A stretch of 62,098 nucleotides of DNA, counting the filler, from Stramenopiles sp. TOSAG23-6 (Eukaryota): the NCBI GenBank assembly GCA_900128565.1. It is 22 parts of 22 records of this genome, joined end to end, with 100 filler letters (N's around TTAATTAATTAA, not from the genome) between each part and the next. Parts side by side here need not be neighbours in the genome. Positions count along the whole stretch, not along the records: positions 48,142 to 50,854 come from LT637860.1; positions 50,955 to 53,667 come from LT637861.1; positions 53,768 to 56,480 come from LT637862.1; positions 56,581 to 59,290 come from LT637863.1; positions 59,391 to 62,098 come from LT637864.1; 17 more parts are not named here. The stretch is one strand, 5' to 3'. Of the stretch, positions 48,232 through 59,502 are shown one piece after another (the first letter of the stretch is position 1; each line of letters opens with the position of its first letter). Both the position numbers and the translations under genes were made by a program. Below the pieces are notes generated by a model. That model was not told the origin of the DNA, ran no database searches, and saw only the letters and a list, made by a program, of their open reading frames with translations.

Positions 48232-49961
48232 ATGCAGCTTCTCTTGAATTGTCTAGTAACTCTTTATTTTGTACTTCTGCTTTGTGTAAAGCATCTGCAG
48301 CTATTGATGCATCAATTTTACCCTGCATTGTAACATTTTCTAATAATTCATCGATTTCATTTTTTGACTCCGCTAAAGCCGCAGCAGCTGTTGATGTATT
48401 GTAAAAAGAAAAGTTTAGTTAAAAAAATCGTTAGGTACGAAACTTCGTATGAAAAAATAAATTAGAAATTCATATCAAACGTACATGCATCTTTGAAATT
48501 TTGATTGGCAACTTTTAATTCCTGTTCTAATTGTACGATTTGAGCAGCAGCGATTGTATCTTTCTGAAAATGAATTTGTCTTTCTTCTTCAATCTCCTTT
48601 TTAATAGAGTTTGCGTTATTTTCTACGGAACTCATCGCGTCTTTTAAATCATTTATAGTTTTGTTTATCAATTTCATTTCTTCTAGATGTTGCTCTTCTT
48701 TACTCTCATATTGAGATATACGTTTATTCTGATTTTTTTCCATTAATTTGGTCATTTCCATTTTGGAATGCATTTCATTTTCTGAAGATAATAATTTTGT
48801 CTTTGTTGTTTCAAGACATGGATTATGAAAAAATATTAAAAAAAAAATTTAAAAAAAATTGTTAGGTACAAAATTTCGTACGAAAAAAAAATTTAGATAA
48901 AAAATTGAAATGAAAACGTACATTTTTCTGAAGCAGAAAGTTTTGTTTGAAATTCTACAATTTCCATTTCAAATGTAGAGGCCATTTTTTTTTCACTTTC
49001 CATTTGATGTTGAATTATTTCTTCAGTCAATATTTTATTCTTTTTTTCAATATCTATGCGTTGTTGGATTATTTCTTCAGTCAATATTTTATTCTTCTCC
49101 TCAAGAGTTTGAATCATTTTCCCAGTGTCTACATTTTTTGAATTTTTTGAAGTAATAAAAGTTGAAATATTTTGTTGATTTTTCAGAATTTCAGTAAATG
49201 GTTTCCGGGTATCATGTTTACTTGGCGAAAGCCATACAGTTTCATGAATATTTCTATTTGTCAGTTCATCAGATAATCGAATAATTTGTTCTTTTTGTTG
49301 TTTACGTATTGTGAAAAAATATTTCAAAAACAAATTCGTTAGGTACGAAAATTTCGTATAAAAAAAAACTTAAATTAGAAATTCATATAAAACATACACA
49401 TAACACATGTAAATCTTCCGCGTTTTCACTAATGGTAGTCGGAGAATCGTCAGTCTGTTGGTTAATTTTGTCAGTGCTTGCTTCAGGGTTACTCAAACTT
49501 TGATTACTTAATTCTTTTATTTTTTCCCGAAGTTTTTGTTCAGTTACAAGAGCATCTTTTAGCATTGTACTTCTAAGTTTAAGTTTTACAATATTCGCAT
49601 TATTTTCATAAACTAATGACGTCGTTTTCTTCTTCCAAGATGATAGATCATTCTGCAGTGAGGCAATTTCAGAAACGTCGTATGGTTTATGTTCCTCGCA
49701 GGAAACCTCGCAGTTTTCACCTAGTGCAACTTTTAAGCGTTGCATTTCTAATTGCTTTTCAGCAAAAAAGGCTTGATATTTGCGCAATACCTCAACTTGT
49801 TGTAGCTGTAAATCTGCAGCCAACTCTTTATATGCCTGAGCCTCTGCACTTTTGTCTAGCTCTTCTTCATTAGTTGAATCGAGAAAGGCAAAACGGAAAT
49901 TACTTACTACATTTTGTATGCCACCAAGCTTGTCTAACCAAGTAGTAGATTTCAACGACAT
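48232..49961 (-). CDS. Long coiled-coil protein; exons 49961-49398, 49303-48922, 48817-48485, 48393-48232
   Basis: Three family introns join four ORFs in frame. Confidence 0.75.
48394..48484 (-). other. Family intron, GT..CAT
   Basis: Phase 1, KDA-S-TAAA. Confidence 0.88.
48818..48921 (-). other. Family intron, GT..CAT
   Basis: Phase 1, SEK-C-LETTK. Confidence 0.88.
49304..49397 (-). other. Family intron, GT..CGT variant
   Basis: Exon ends TGT, intron ends ATACGT; phase 0, in frame. Confidence 0.8.
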
Positions 49962-50439
49962 TTATGACCCACTACAAATGAGCTAATATGATAATGTTGT
50001 GTTCAAAGATTTTGCATAGATGATTTTTAATTCCGATGCATGCACTGGTAATATGAAGTAGTCACAAAAGACTTTCTACAATTATAAAGTGTTTGTTTTA
50101 CTTTTAGAATAAAAAGACAGAAAAAGTGATGGCCATCCATCACAACATTGATTGATTTGCGCGCGCCCCGTCCCCGGGCCGTTAATTATAAAAAATATAT
50201 TAACGGCTAAATTTTCCATACCAACGAATATGGATACGAATACACACGGTACGGATACGAATAATTCAGAATTCTTGCCACACTGCCACCACAGACCCTG
50301 GAGACAAGCATCTGGCGTATTCTGACCATACAGTGTCATACTGTAGTACTTACGTTGTACGTATTTGTAGTCTAATAGCAATAAATTATACCTACTGCTA
50401 CTAAATTGGTATACAAAAGCCGCAAATCGAGGCTACATC

Positions 50440-50854
50440 ATGGAGTTTATTCTTGGTATATATAATGAAGCTGCTGTTGAATGTTATACAAAAGCTGCAA
50501 ATCAAGGCGACATGGTTGCACAGACTAATCTTGGTAGATGCTATGAGAGTGGTAGAGGTGTGACTAAATGTTATAAAACTGCTGTTGAATGGTATACAAA
50601 AGCTGCAAAACAAGACAATATGAACGCACAGTATAATCTTGGTATATTTTACAAGAATGGTCAAGGTGTAACTAAATGTTATAAAACTGCTGCTAAATGG
50701 TATACAAAAGCTGCAAATCAAGGCGAAATGAATGCACAGTACAGTCTTGGTGTATTTTATTTGGAGGGTCTGGGTGTCACTAAATGTTATAAAACAGGAG
50801 CAAAGTTGATCAAGAAAGCAAAAAAGCAGATAACAGATACAACAGATGAGAAAC
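50440..50854 (+). CDS. SEL1-repeat protein, partial
   Basis: AQ.NLG..Y..G.GV.K....A..WY.KAA.Q repeats. Confidence 0.85.
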
Positions 50855-51049
50855 NNNNNNNNNNNNNNNNNNNNNNNNNNNNNNNNNNNNNNNNNNNNTT
50901 AATTAATTAANNNNNNNNNNNNNNNNNNNNNNNNNNNNNNNNNNNNNNNNNNNNTTTGGAAAAATATTTCAAAAAAAAAATCTAAAAAAAATTGTTAGGT
51001 ACAAAATTTCGTATGAAAAACAAATTTCGAAATTGAAATGAAAACGTAC

Positions 51050-53046
51050 ATATAATTGTAAATTTGATATTGAGCCACCCATCCAACATTCAATGAGATG
51101 AAATCCTAGACTACAAATTGAATGGGCGATGGCAGCATCCTTGGGTGTATTAGTAGTATCATTAGTATTATTAATATTATCAATAGTATTATTAGTATTA
51201 GTAGTATTAGTATTAGTATTATTAGTATTAGTATTATTAGTATTATTAGTATTATTAGTATTAGTAGTATTATTAGTATTATTAGTATTAGTATTAGTAT
51301 TATCAATAGTATTAGTAGTATTAGTAGTATTACTATCATTAGTATTACTATCAATAGTATTATTAGTATTATTACTATCAATAGTATTATTAGTATTACT
51401 ATCAATAGTATTAGTATTATCAATAGTATTATTACTATCATTAGTATTATCATCAAGTGTAAAAAAAGATGTAAACACTTCATTTTTAAATTTCATTGCA
51501 CATTTCTCTAATGATATGAATGCAGAATCTTCGCCTAACTCTGAAGCTCTACATCGAATAGTTTTCATCAATTTCTGGAATATTTGCCATCCATGCATGT
51601 ATTTTGGAACAATATTTCAAAAAAAATCTAAAAAAATTTGTTAGGTACAAAATTTCGTATGAAAAATAAATTCAAATTCGAAAAAATCGACCGTAAAAAA
51701 TATGGCATCGAAACCGCATCCAAGACAAACATAGCTATATTCAAGTCACAAAGTGTTGTAACTTTGTCATCATTATCTTTGCGTATCATATTAGGGTTAG
51801 GGTTATCAGATGTATTCATTTCTTGAGGAACTTCTTCGACGTTTTTAGGATTTTTGTTGTTTTCATCACTTATTTTTGCTAATTTTGTTTTGCCAGGATT
51901 AATTTTGTTGCTCGAGAAAAAAACTTTGCGTGGAATGTGTGTAACAACTGCAACAGCATCCCCACAGTAACACAACACAAAATCTGTTAAAGGTTCATCA
52001 GTATTAATGTATTGTGAAAAAAAAAAAATCCAAAAAAAAATCGTTAGGTACAAAATTTCGTACGAAACAAAAATCGAATTTCAAATTCAAATAAAAACGT
52101 ACATATTCACAGGACTTTTAAATATTGTTGCAGTTGATGCAGGTTGAAGAAAAGCATGTTTAGCCATTTCTGCAGTCAATAAATTATTACAAGTACCTTC
52201 ATGTGTTTCTCTATGGTAAAATTTTTTCTGTGGAATAAATATATTTTTTGTGTCAATGAGATCAGGTAACTTTTCAATTTCAGATTTAATTCCTACATGT
52301 ATTTTGGAAAAATATTTAAAAAAACAATTGTTAGGTACGAAATTTCGTACGAAAAAAAATCGAATTTGAAAAAAAAAACATACATCGTCCCAGGAGAAAG
52401 TTTGATGAACACGATAGCGTGGAACAGCTCCACGAGTAGAGCATACAATATGTAAGAATCCGTCGTCATCGATGTGAGCTTTGACTGAATTTCCTATTAT
52501 ATGTGTTGATATACGTTGAATAAGTACTCTTGGGTGTACGAAAATACCAACTATTTGTTCGATAAATCGGAGAGGAAAAAGTAACCACCATGCTGTATAT
52601 TGAGGGATACCACAAGCAGTAACTGATCCCACTGTGTCTTGTTTCAAGAGATCTGTGTACAATTTTTGCTCACTTATTATGAATACATAAGTTAGGAGTA
52701 AATATATCACGAACATGAAGAAAATGACAAATAATACTTTACGAACTAATCTTTTTCTAAGCCGACATAGAAAAATGAAAAACCCTGCACACAAACATAC
52801 ACCTATCATACATAAAAGGATGACAAGATAGAGAGTTTCAGTAAGCCCCGTTTTACCTTCTCAGTGACCATTCAATACGGATTGTAGTAAGCTCATTTGG
52901 AATATTTGATCGACTAGGAAGATGCATAAAACCAAAAATACAACATTCTTTACTTTCAAACGCTTTGGAAATACTGCGAAGGATTCTTTTTTTTGAGGAA
53001 TGACTTTTGCCAAAGCACAGATCACTGAATCAGACATAGTTTTCAT
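51050..53046 (-). CDS. Membrane-anchored protein, weakly DUF229/sulfatase-like; introns 52297-52383, 52007-52102, 51597-51703; in-frame TGA at 52861-52863; Asn/Thr-rich tract
   Basis: In-frame joins WDD|VGI, VN-I-NTD, VSM-P-HGW; IAMFVLDAVS motif. Confidence 0.5.
51597..51703 (-). other. Family intron, AT..CAT variant
   Basis: Starts ATATTT; this length keeps frame. Confidence 0.65.
52007..52102 (-). other. Family intron, GT..CAT
   Basis: Consensus, phase 2, in frame. Confidence 0.88.
52297..52383 (-). other. Family intron, GT..CAT (87 nt, stop-free)
   Basis: Consensus, phase 0. Confidence 0.88.
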
Positions 53047-53270
53047 CACTACAGCAGTATCAACTAAAACGATATTTTCGACTTTTTGATAATACCCTTA
53101 AACTACAACGAACTACAACTTACTGTAGAGTATTGTCTAATCTACCCGGTAAAAAAATTTGGTAGCAAAAAAAATTGAACATTCTGACTGACTTGCATGA
53201 TGAATTGTATTTTATTTATGAGATTTCGTGTTTTAAAATTGAATTGATTTTGATAAAAAAAAATAATACC

Positions 53271-53581
53271 CTATGTAAGATTGTTACTAGCCTCCATACA
53301 AGCATGTTGAGCAAATACATCATTCATCATCAATTCCCAATTTTGTTTAATTGTATTAAAATAGTTTTGTTCAATTCCAGCATGCAAATGATAACTATAA
53401 ATAAAATTCGACTTATTGTGAAAAAATATTTTTTAAAATATCGTTAGACACGAAATCTTTCAATTTTCTAGGAAAAAAAACAAAAATAAAATGATGAAAA
53501 CGTATAAAGTTCGACTTGAGGTAAATCTTTCCAGTATTTCCAATTTCTTATCCAAGATTGATTCTCACTCAAAAGTAAAAC
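53271..53581 (-). CDS. Last two exons of an unknown gene, split by a diverged family intron at ~53411-53505
   Basis: In-frame join QVEL-S-NFIY; intron starts ATACGT and ends AAG(T). Confidence 0.5.
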
Positions 53582-53833
53582 ATGTATTGTGAAAAAATAT
53601 TTTACATTGTTTTTCGTTAGGTACAAAATTTCGTACGAAAAAAAAATCGAATTTGAAAAAAAATAAANNNNNNNNNNNNNNNNNNNNNNNNNNNNNNNNN
53701 NNNNNNNNNNNTTAATTAATTAANNNNNNNNNNNNNNNNNNNNNNNNNNNNNNNNNNNNNNNNNNNNTACGAAATTTTGTACCTAACAAATTTTTTCAAA
53801 TTTTTTTTTTTGAAATATTTTTTCATAATCCAT

Positions 53834-54947
53834 TAAGCGTATCCCAAAAGCGAGTAGAGGTCCAGTGGCTATGAGAAATAAAATGAATCACCGAAGTACA
53901 CTCACAGATATCGGTCTTGGTGGTGAAAGTCTTGCACGACATGCTTATCGACATTCTGCGGGTGCGTTCAAACCGCCACCACAGAGCAAAGTTGATGTAT
54001 GTTTTATTTTTTTTTAAATTTTTTTTTATAGGAAATTTTGTACCTAATTTTTTTTTTTTTTTTAAATTTTAAAAATTTTTTTTTTTATAGGAAGCAGGAA
54101 TAAAATTATCTGGCTCAAGTTTGATTATGTATGTTTTGTTTTTCATTCACCCTAACCCTAACCCTAACCCTAACCCTAACTCTTTTTTTTTTTTGGTTTT
54201 TTCGTACGAAATTTTGTACCTAACAAAAAAAATTCTGAAATTTTTTTATAGTATATGTATCCTACTGGCTATTGTGTTCCTGGAAAAAACTCATTCCGAA
54301 CGAAAGGAGTACATGTACGTGTTTATTATGAATTTTTTATCTAATTTTTTTTTCATACGAAATTTTGTACCTAACGATTTTTTTTTCCAACCAAAAAAAA
54401 AAAAATATTTTTTCACAGTATAGGAAGAACATATGGCAAAGTGTGGTGAAGATCACATAAAGTTTATAGAAACAGGTCTCGGTAGTGATATTGACGCTTT
54501 TGAAGGTCAATTTCGAGGGCGTAATCCGTATGTTTTTAATAGAAATTTTTATTAGAAATTTTTATTAGAAATTTTTTTTTGAAATTTTGAAAATTTTTTT
54601 TTTTCACAACTAACAAAAAAAAAAAAAAAAAAAAAAAAAAAGAAAATTTTTCAAAAAATACATGGATGCAATACAGTCACCTGCAGCAAAATGTTCATTA
54701 CCATTCCCTGATGTCTCAACACAAGCCAAATTACACGAAAATCCTTATGTTAGACAGAAAGGAAAATCTCGATCTCAATTAGCTGAAAAAATGTTAAAGT
54801 CTAAAATAAAATTTGGCGACAAAGGCGAAAATAATGAAGACTGCGAACGAAAATTATTTACTCATTGTAAAGGGGCTAGAGAAAAAGGAGCAGCGCATCA
54901 AAGTCAGATAACAAAGTGTTACATGTACGTTTTTAATTTTTTTAGGA

Positions 54948-54978
<31 letters not shown>

Positions 54979-56405
54979 ATTTTTTTTTTTTTTTTTTTTG
55001 GGGTGTTGAATTTTAAAAAAGTGAAAAAATTAAAAAAAAAATTTTGTACTTATAAAAAAAAAAGAAAGTTCAAAATATTTCCAAACATTACATGGGCGGT
55101 CATATTACTTCTAGAGAAGCTAAAGTTCTCGCAGCACAGAGAAATCGAAGTATTAATAATCATATTGTAGCTACAAAGGCAAATAGCGGTGATCAAATCA
55201 TTTTTGATGTATGTTTTATTTTTTTTTTTTTTTTACCAAAAAAAAAAAAAANNNNNNNNNNNNNNNNNNNNNNNNNNNNNNNNNNNNNNNNNNNNNNNNN
55301 NNNNNNNNNNNNNNNNNNNNNNNNNNNNNNNNNNNNNNNAAAAAATAAAAAAAAATATTTTTTCACAATACACGCAAAAGAAGAGAGTCCGATGAACATT
55401 GCCAAGAGTGGTTTACGTATAACAGGTAAACAAGCAAGAAGTCAAATATCAGAATCAATGTTTGGTGGTGAAGTTTTTCCCCATGAATATGTATGTTTTA
55501 TTTTTTTTTTACAAAAAAATCGAAATTTTTTTTTTTTGGTAAAAAAATTTTGTACCTAACAATTTTATTTCTTTTTTTTTTGAAATATTTTTCTACAATA
55601 TATAAAACATTTGCACACGAATTTGAAAATAAAATTACCAAGGGAATGAAACAAGCACCAGCAGATCATTATGCAATCAAACATAATGTTGTGTTTGGAG
55701 ATGATGGAGCACGTGAATCAGAAGGTTTTCGGTGGCGGAAAAAACATGTATGTTTTTTTTTTTTTTTTTTTTTTTTGGCTTAAAATTTTTGGCCAAAAAG
55801 TTTTTTTTTTTTTTTTTTTAATTTTTTTTTTTTTTTTTTTTTCAAAACATTTAGTATACCAAGGCTAATAATCAAAAAAAGACAAACTATTTTTCACAAT
55901 ACATGCTTCTCATGATAAATCTGTTGCTTTTGAGGATAAGTTACAAGAAAGAGGCTTAAAAACAGGAGCTGGTATGGGTTTAGTTGATCACATTCGATTC
56001 GGCACGGCATGTACGTTTCCATTTCATTTTTTTTTTTTTTTTTATTTTTTTTTTTTTCGAAATTTTNNNNNNNNNNNNNNNNNNNNNNNNNNNNNNNNNN
56101 NNNNNNNNNNNNNNNNNNNNNNNNAAAAAAAAAAAATATGTTTTCACAATACATGGGGTCTAAATGCGGAAGAGTTGAAAGATATTGCACAAAGAAGTGG
56201 AAAACGAAGATTTGTACAAGATAATTTGGGAAAAAAAGTGATTGCACAACCTGATGTAATTAGAGTTAAAGTGACAGTGCCACCTGGACCATTAGGTGTG
56301 ACCTTTGCTCCAGCTACTGATTTAGGCGATGGCGCAGTTATAAAAGAGTTTAGTCATGTGAATGATATTATGGGACCATTGCAATCACATCCAAGAATGA
56401 CAAGT
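53834..56405 (+). CDS. Intron-dense gene fragment (10 exons) ending in a PDZ-like domain
   Basis: Introns 53997-54090, 54129-54256, 54315-54423, 54528-54663, 54925-55093, 55209-55373, 55491-55603, 55748-55904, 56011-56154 give one open frame; VTVPPGPLGVTF. Confidence 0.75.
54149..54180. repeat. Interstitial telomeric repeat (CCCTAA)5 inside a family intron
   Basis: Direct inspection. Confidence 0.9.
54315..54423 (+). other. Family intron, GT..TAG at the consensus position
   Basis: TTTCACAGTATAG aligns with TTTCACAATACAT; first CAG (54418) gives a stop. Confidence 0.85.
54528..54663 (+). other. Family intron, GT..CAT, register-fixing copy
   Basis: Exon ends CC, so no AT-AC reading is possible; in frame RN-P-DAIQ. 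Confidence 0.8.
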
Positions 56406-56580
56406 GTATGTTTTATTTTATTTTTTTTTTTTTAACCGAAAAAAAAAAAAAAATCGAATTTATTTTTTTCAAAAAATTTTNNNNNNNNNNNNNNNNNNNN
56501 NNNNNNNNNNNNNNNNNNNNNNNNTTAATTAATTAANNNNNNNNNNNNNNNNNNNNNNNNNNNNNNNNNNNNNNNNNNNN

Positions 56581-57861
56581 ATATGTATCACAAGGCTCAT
56601 CATTACGATTTGCGTCTGGAAATGGCCCTATTGAAAAAATTTACAGTATTTTTCGAAAATATGACACTATTTCAGAAACATCAAATTTTGATGATTTTGT
56701 AATGAAAGAGGAAACCTCGAATGCGGAGACCGATGATATTTCTACGTTTTTAACTTTATCGGGTTTCCTTCATTGGTACACAGATGTTGNNNNNNNNNNN
56801 NNNNNNNNNNNNNNNNNNNNNNNNNNNNNNNNNNNNNNNNNNNNNNNNNNNNNNNNNNNNCCTACCAAAGCCCCCCCACCACAGGTAGGAGACTCTACGC
56901 GTAAATATAATTCTGATACGGATATTTCATGTCCGCCTCTAAGTAAACTTTCTCTTTCTATGAACTCAAATGAATTCTACAGAACTGCAATTGCGACAGA
57001 TCCAGCAGCTGCTACTGGATTATTGGTACGTTTATGCAAATCTTGTTCTAAGAGGCAAGAAGAATCAATTGCTGTGGTTCAATTATTGATGGGTAGTTTA
57101 TTTGCAGTTTCACCAGGATGGCGTGGGAAAGCGACAGCAGCACCTCTTGTTGCAGCATTGCGGGCGGTACTTGCAATTGAAGACGATACACAGATTGATC
57201 GAATAAAGGAAGCATTTGTTGGTGAAGACGCTTTATTTGAAGTATCACGAAGTAGATCTTTAGAGTGTGAGCGTTGCTATTAATGCAAGTGCATGCAGTT
57301 GATGCTTGGCTTCGACAACCATCAGTATTATCTCAATGGAGTTGGATGGCAGAATGGTTGAGAATTTCTTCGTTAGAAGCAGCATTAGGTGGAAGCCGTC
57401 ATTCACTATACCGTAGAGAATCTAAAATGAAAATGTTGAAAATGTTGTGGGAAATTCATGGCACATCAGCAGATGGTTTACAATGCAAAGTCGAAGGTGC
57501 TGGTGTTGAAGATGTGAATGGTTTATACGTCGGTGATGGTTTCTTTGACACTGTACCTAAATATACTCGGAAATCTTCGGAAACAAACACTTTATATACA
57601 TTATTTAGATTAAAACCAGGAACTGACAAGGATATAGACTATTATGCACTCTGTTCTAATTCGGAAACACCACCTGAGAATGGTTGGAATCCGACTACAC
57701 GACCACCCAGTGGAATGGGAAAGCATCCGCCTCCTATTATTAAACATTTACCCAGAATTAGTTCCAATGATACAACCAATGATACCACTAATGATGCAAC
57801 CAAAGATGTCAATAGCAGACCTGAAGATGGGAATTTACCAATAAATACTAAATGGATTTGA
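56581..57861 (+). CDS. C-terminal part of a large protein with a GAG..VNG.Y..PP..GW domain; frameshift near 57280
   Basis: Consecutive ORFs; CKVEGAGVEDVNGLY..TPPENGW. Confidence 0.5.
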
Positions 57862-58142
57862 TAGTGATGTAATTGATCTATTTAATTTGATATAATTTGA
57901 AATCGAAATATAACTTTTTCAGACTACTATTTTCTTTGTATTAGGGTTAGGGTTTTGAAAATTTAAAACTCTCAAATTTTCAAATTTTTTTATTTTCTGT
58001 TGTAAAATTTGAATAAATCAAAATCTTCTCTTTCAAAGAAAAAACTTCTGAAAAAAAACATTTTTTTTCTGATTGCACTGTAGTTCAACATTGATAATCT
58101 AGCCTGCAAATTATATAGCTCTATTCATCTGTTTTCTTTGTA

Positions 58143-58994
58143 ATGGATCAAAGACCATGTAATCAGTTGAACCATATGGAAAATTTTGATGACAACACCG
58201 GAATTACCACACCTAGATGTACTAGAGCTTTTAGCACTAGTGAAGAAGCGAGTTGGATTGGTTTTAGGAGTGATACAGGAGAGAGCTGTGATTCTAAGGC
58301 AACTTCAATTGAGCCAACTAAAACTTGTGAATCATTTGGCTGTAAGCAGAAATTTTCAATTGACACTGGTGAGACGATTCGAACTCAGAAAAACGATAGA
58401 TCTTGTTTGGGTAACTTTACAACACAGCGTCAACTTTTTCCCCAAAACAACAGCCTTGATATAAAAGACACGATATCACATACCTTGATCAAGCATGATA
58501 TTCAAGAAGCAAAATATATTACTAAAGAACGTCCTAAAGCTTCCGAAGTCAATGTACCACATTTTCAATTTTACCTCGACATGAATAGCTTACCTCCAAA
58601 TCCTCTAGAAAATGTTAATTTTCAAAATATTCCAAGTCAAATCAAATGTGATGCATCAGACTGTATCGTAGATACAATGGAAATTTCTTCAAGTGATGTA
58701 AACAGCTTTTGTTCACAAGATCGAAATAAGTTCGATTGGACTCAGAAACATCTTGAAAAAAAAAAATTAAAAACAAAAAAGTCGAAAAATAAGCAGAGAA
58801 CAAAAAAGTCGAAAACGAATCAGAGAATGTCTAATAAATGTAGAAAGAGAGCAAATAATAGTATCAACCATAATTCTAAAACGGGGGAAACGCCCATAAA
58901 TGTAGCAAGAGAACGATCTGTGGCATTCGTAGTTGCACAAAAAGCTCTTTTTGATATCATGCAACAAAATATGAAATCTAATTGTGTGCGTTAA
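58143..58994 (+). CDS. Hypothetical protein with basic patch
   Basis: 283-codon ATG-TAA ORF, no recognisable domain. Confidence 0.55.
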   Translation: MDQRPCNQLNHMENFDDNTGITTPRCTRAFSTSEEASWIGFRSDTGESCDSKATSIEPTKTCESFGCKQKFSIDTGETIRTQKNDRSCLGNFTTQRQLFPQNNSLDIKDTISHTLIKHDIQEAKYITKERPKASEVNVPHFQFYLDMNSLPPNPLENVNFQNIPSQIKCDASDCIVDTMEISSSDVNSFCSQDRNKFDWTQKHLEKKKLKTKKSKNKQRTKKSKTNQRMSNKCRKRANNSINHNSKTGETPINVARERSVAFVVAQKALFDIMQQNMKSNCVR

Positions 58995-59080
58995 AAAATA
59001 AAAATAAGAATAATATAAAAACTTCGTGTAATAACATTTTATAATAAATGTGCACGAAATGTTCATAGTCATACACTGAT

Positions 59081-59290
59081 TCAAGCTGCTGCAAGAGCAT
59101 TTTGTAAGGAGCAATCATGTTGAGTAAAACCAGCAAAACAAGAACAAAGTCCAGTAGTATTATCACAAATTCCACGATTACTGCAAACGACATGTATTGT
59201 GAAAAAATATTAAAAAAAAAATCGTTAGGTACATAATTTCGTACGAAAAAAAAATCGAAATTGAAAAAAAAAATAAAACATACATTCTTT
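59081..59290 (-). CDS. C-terminus of an EGF-like protein resembling stramenopile mastigoneme proteins (Ocm/Sig family); last exon 59191-59081
   Basis: VVCSNRGICDNTTGLCSCFAGFTQHDCSLQNALAAA*. Confidence 0.65.
59192..59283 (-). other. Family intron, GT..CAT
   Basis: Full consensus, AT direct repeat. Confidence 0.88.
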
Positions 59291-59502
59291 NNNNNNNNNN
59301 NNNNNNNNNNNNNNNNNNNNNNNNNNNNNNNNNNTTAATTAATTAANNNNNNNNNNNNNNNNNNNNNNNNNNNNNNNNNNNNNNNNNNNNTGTGGTTAAG
59401 TTGACGATACATTTTTACAATATCAACTGGTATTACGCGGTGTACAAACTACATTGATTTCAAACGAGATACACAAAACCTCAAATCTCTTTACAAACGA
59501 AA

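Noticed and set aside
51106-51644. Poly-Ile/Leu/Val ORFs as membrane proteins
   Set aside because: Alternative frames of an Asn/Thr-coding low-complexity tract
59081-59083. Complete UGA reassignment
   Set aside because: TGA falls at the expected C-terminus here and plausibly in MLH3, so only context-dependent readthrough remains possible
58978-59193. Listed 71-aa hydrophobic ORF
   Set aside because: Wrong frame; the phase-0 frame after the intron gives a clear EGF-like C-terminus
2793-59346. Regularly spaced TTAATTAATTAA motif
   Set aside because: Always embedded in N runs; an artificial six-frame-stop linker, so gene order across it is meaningless
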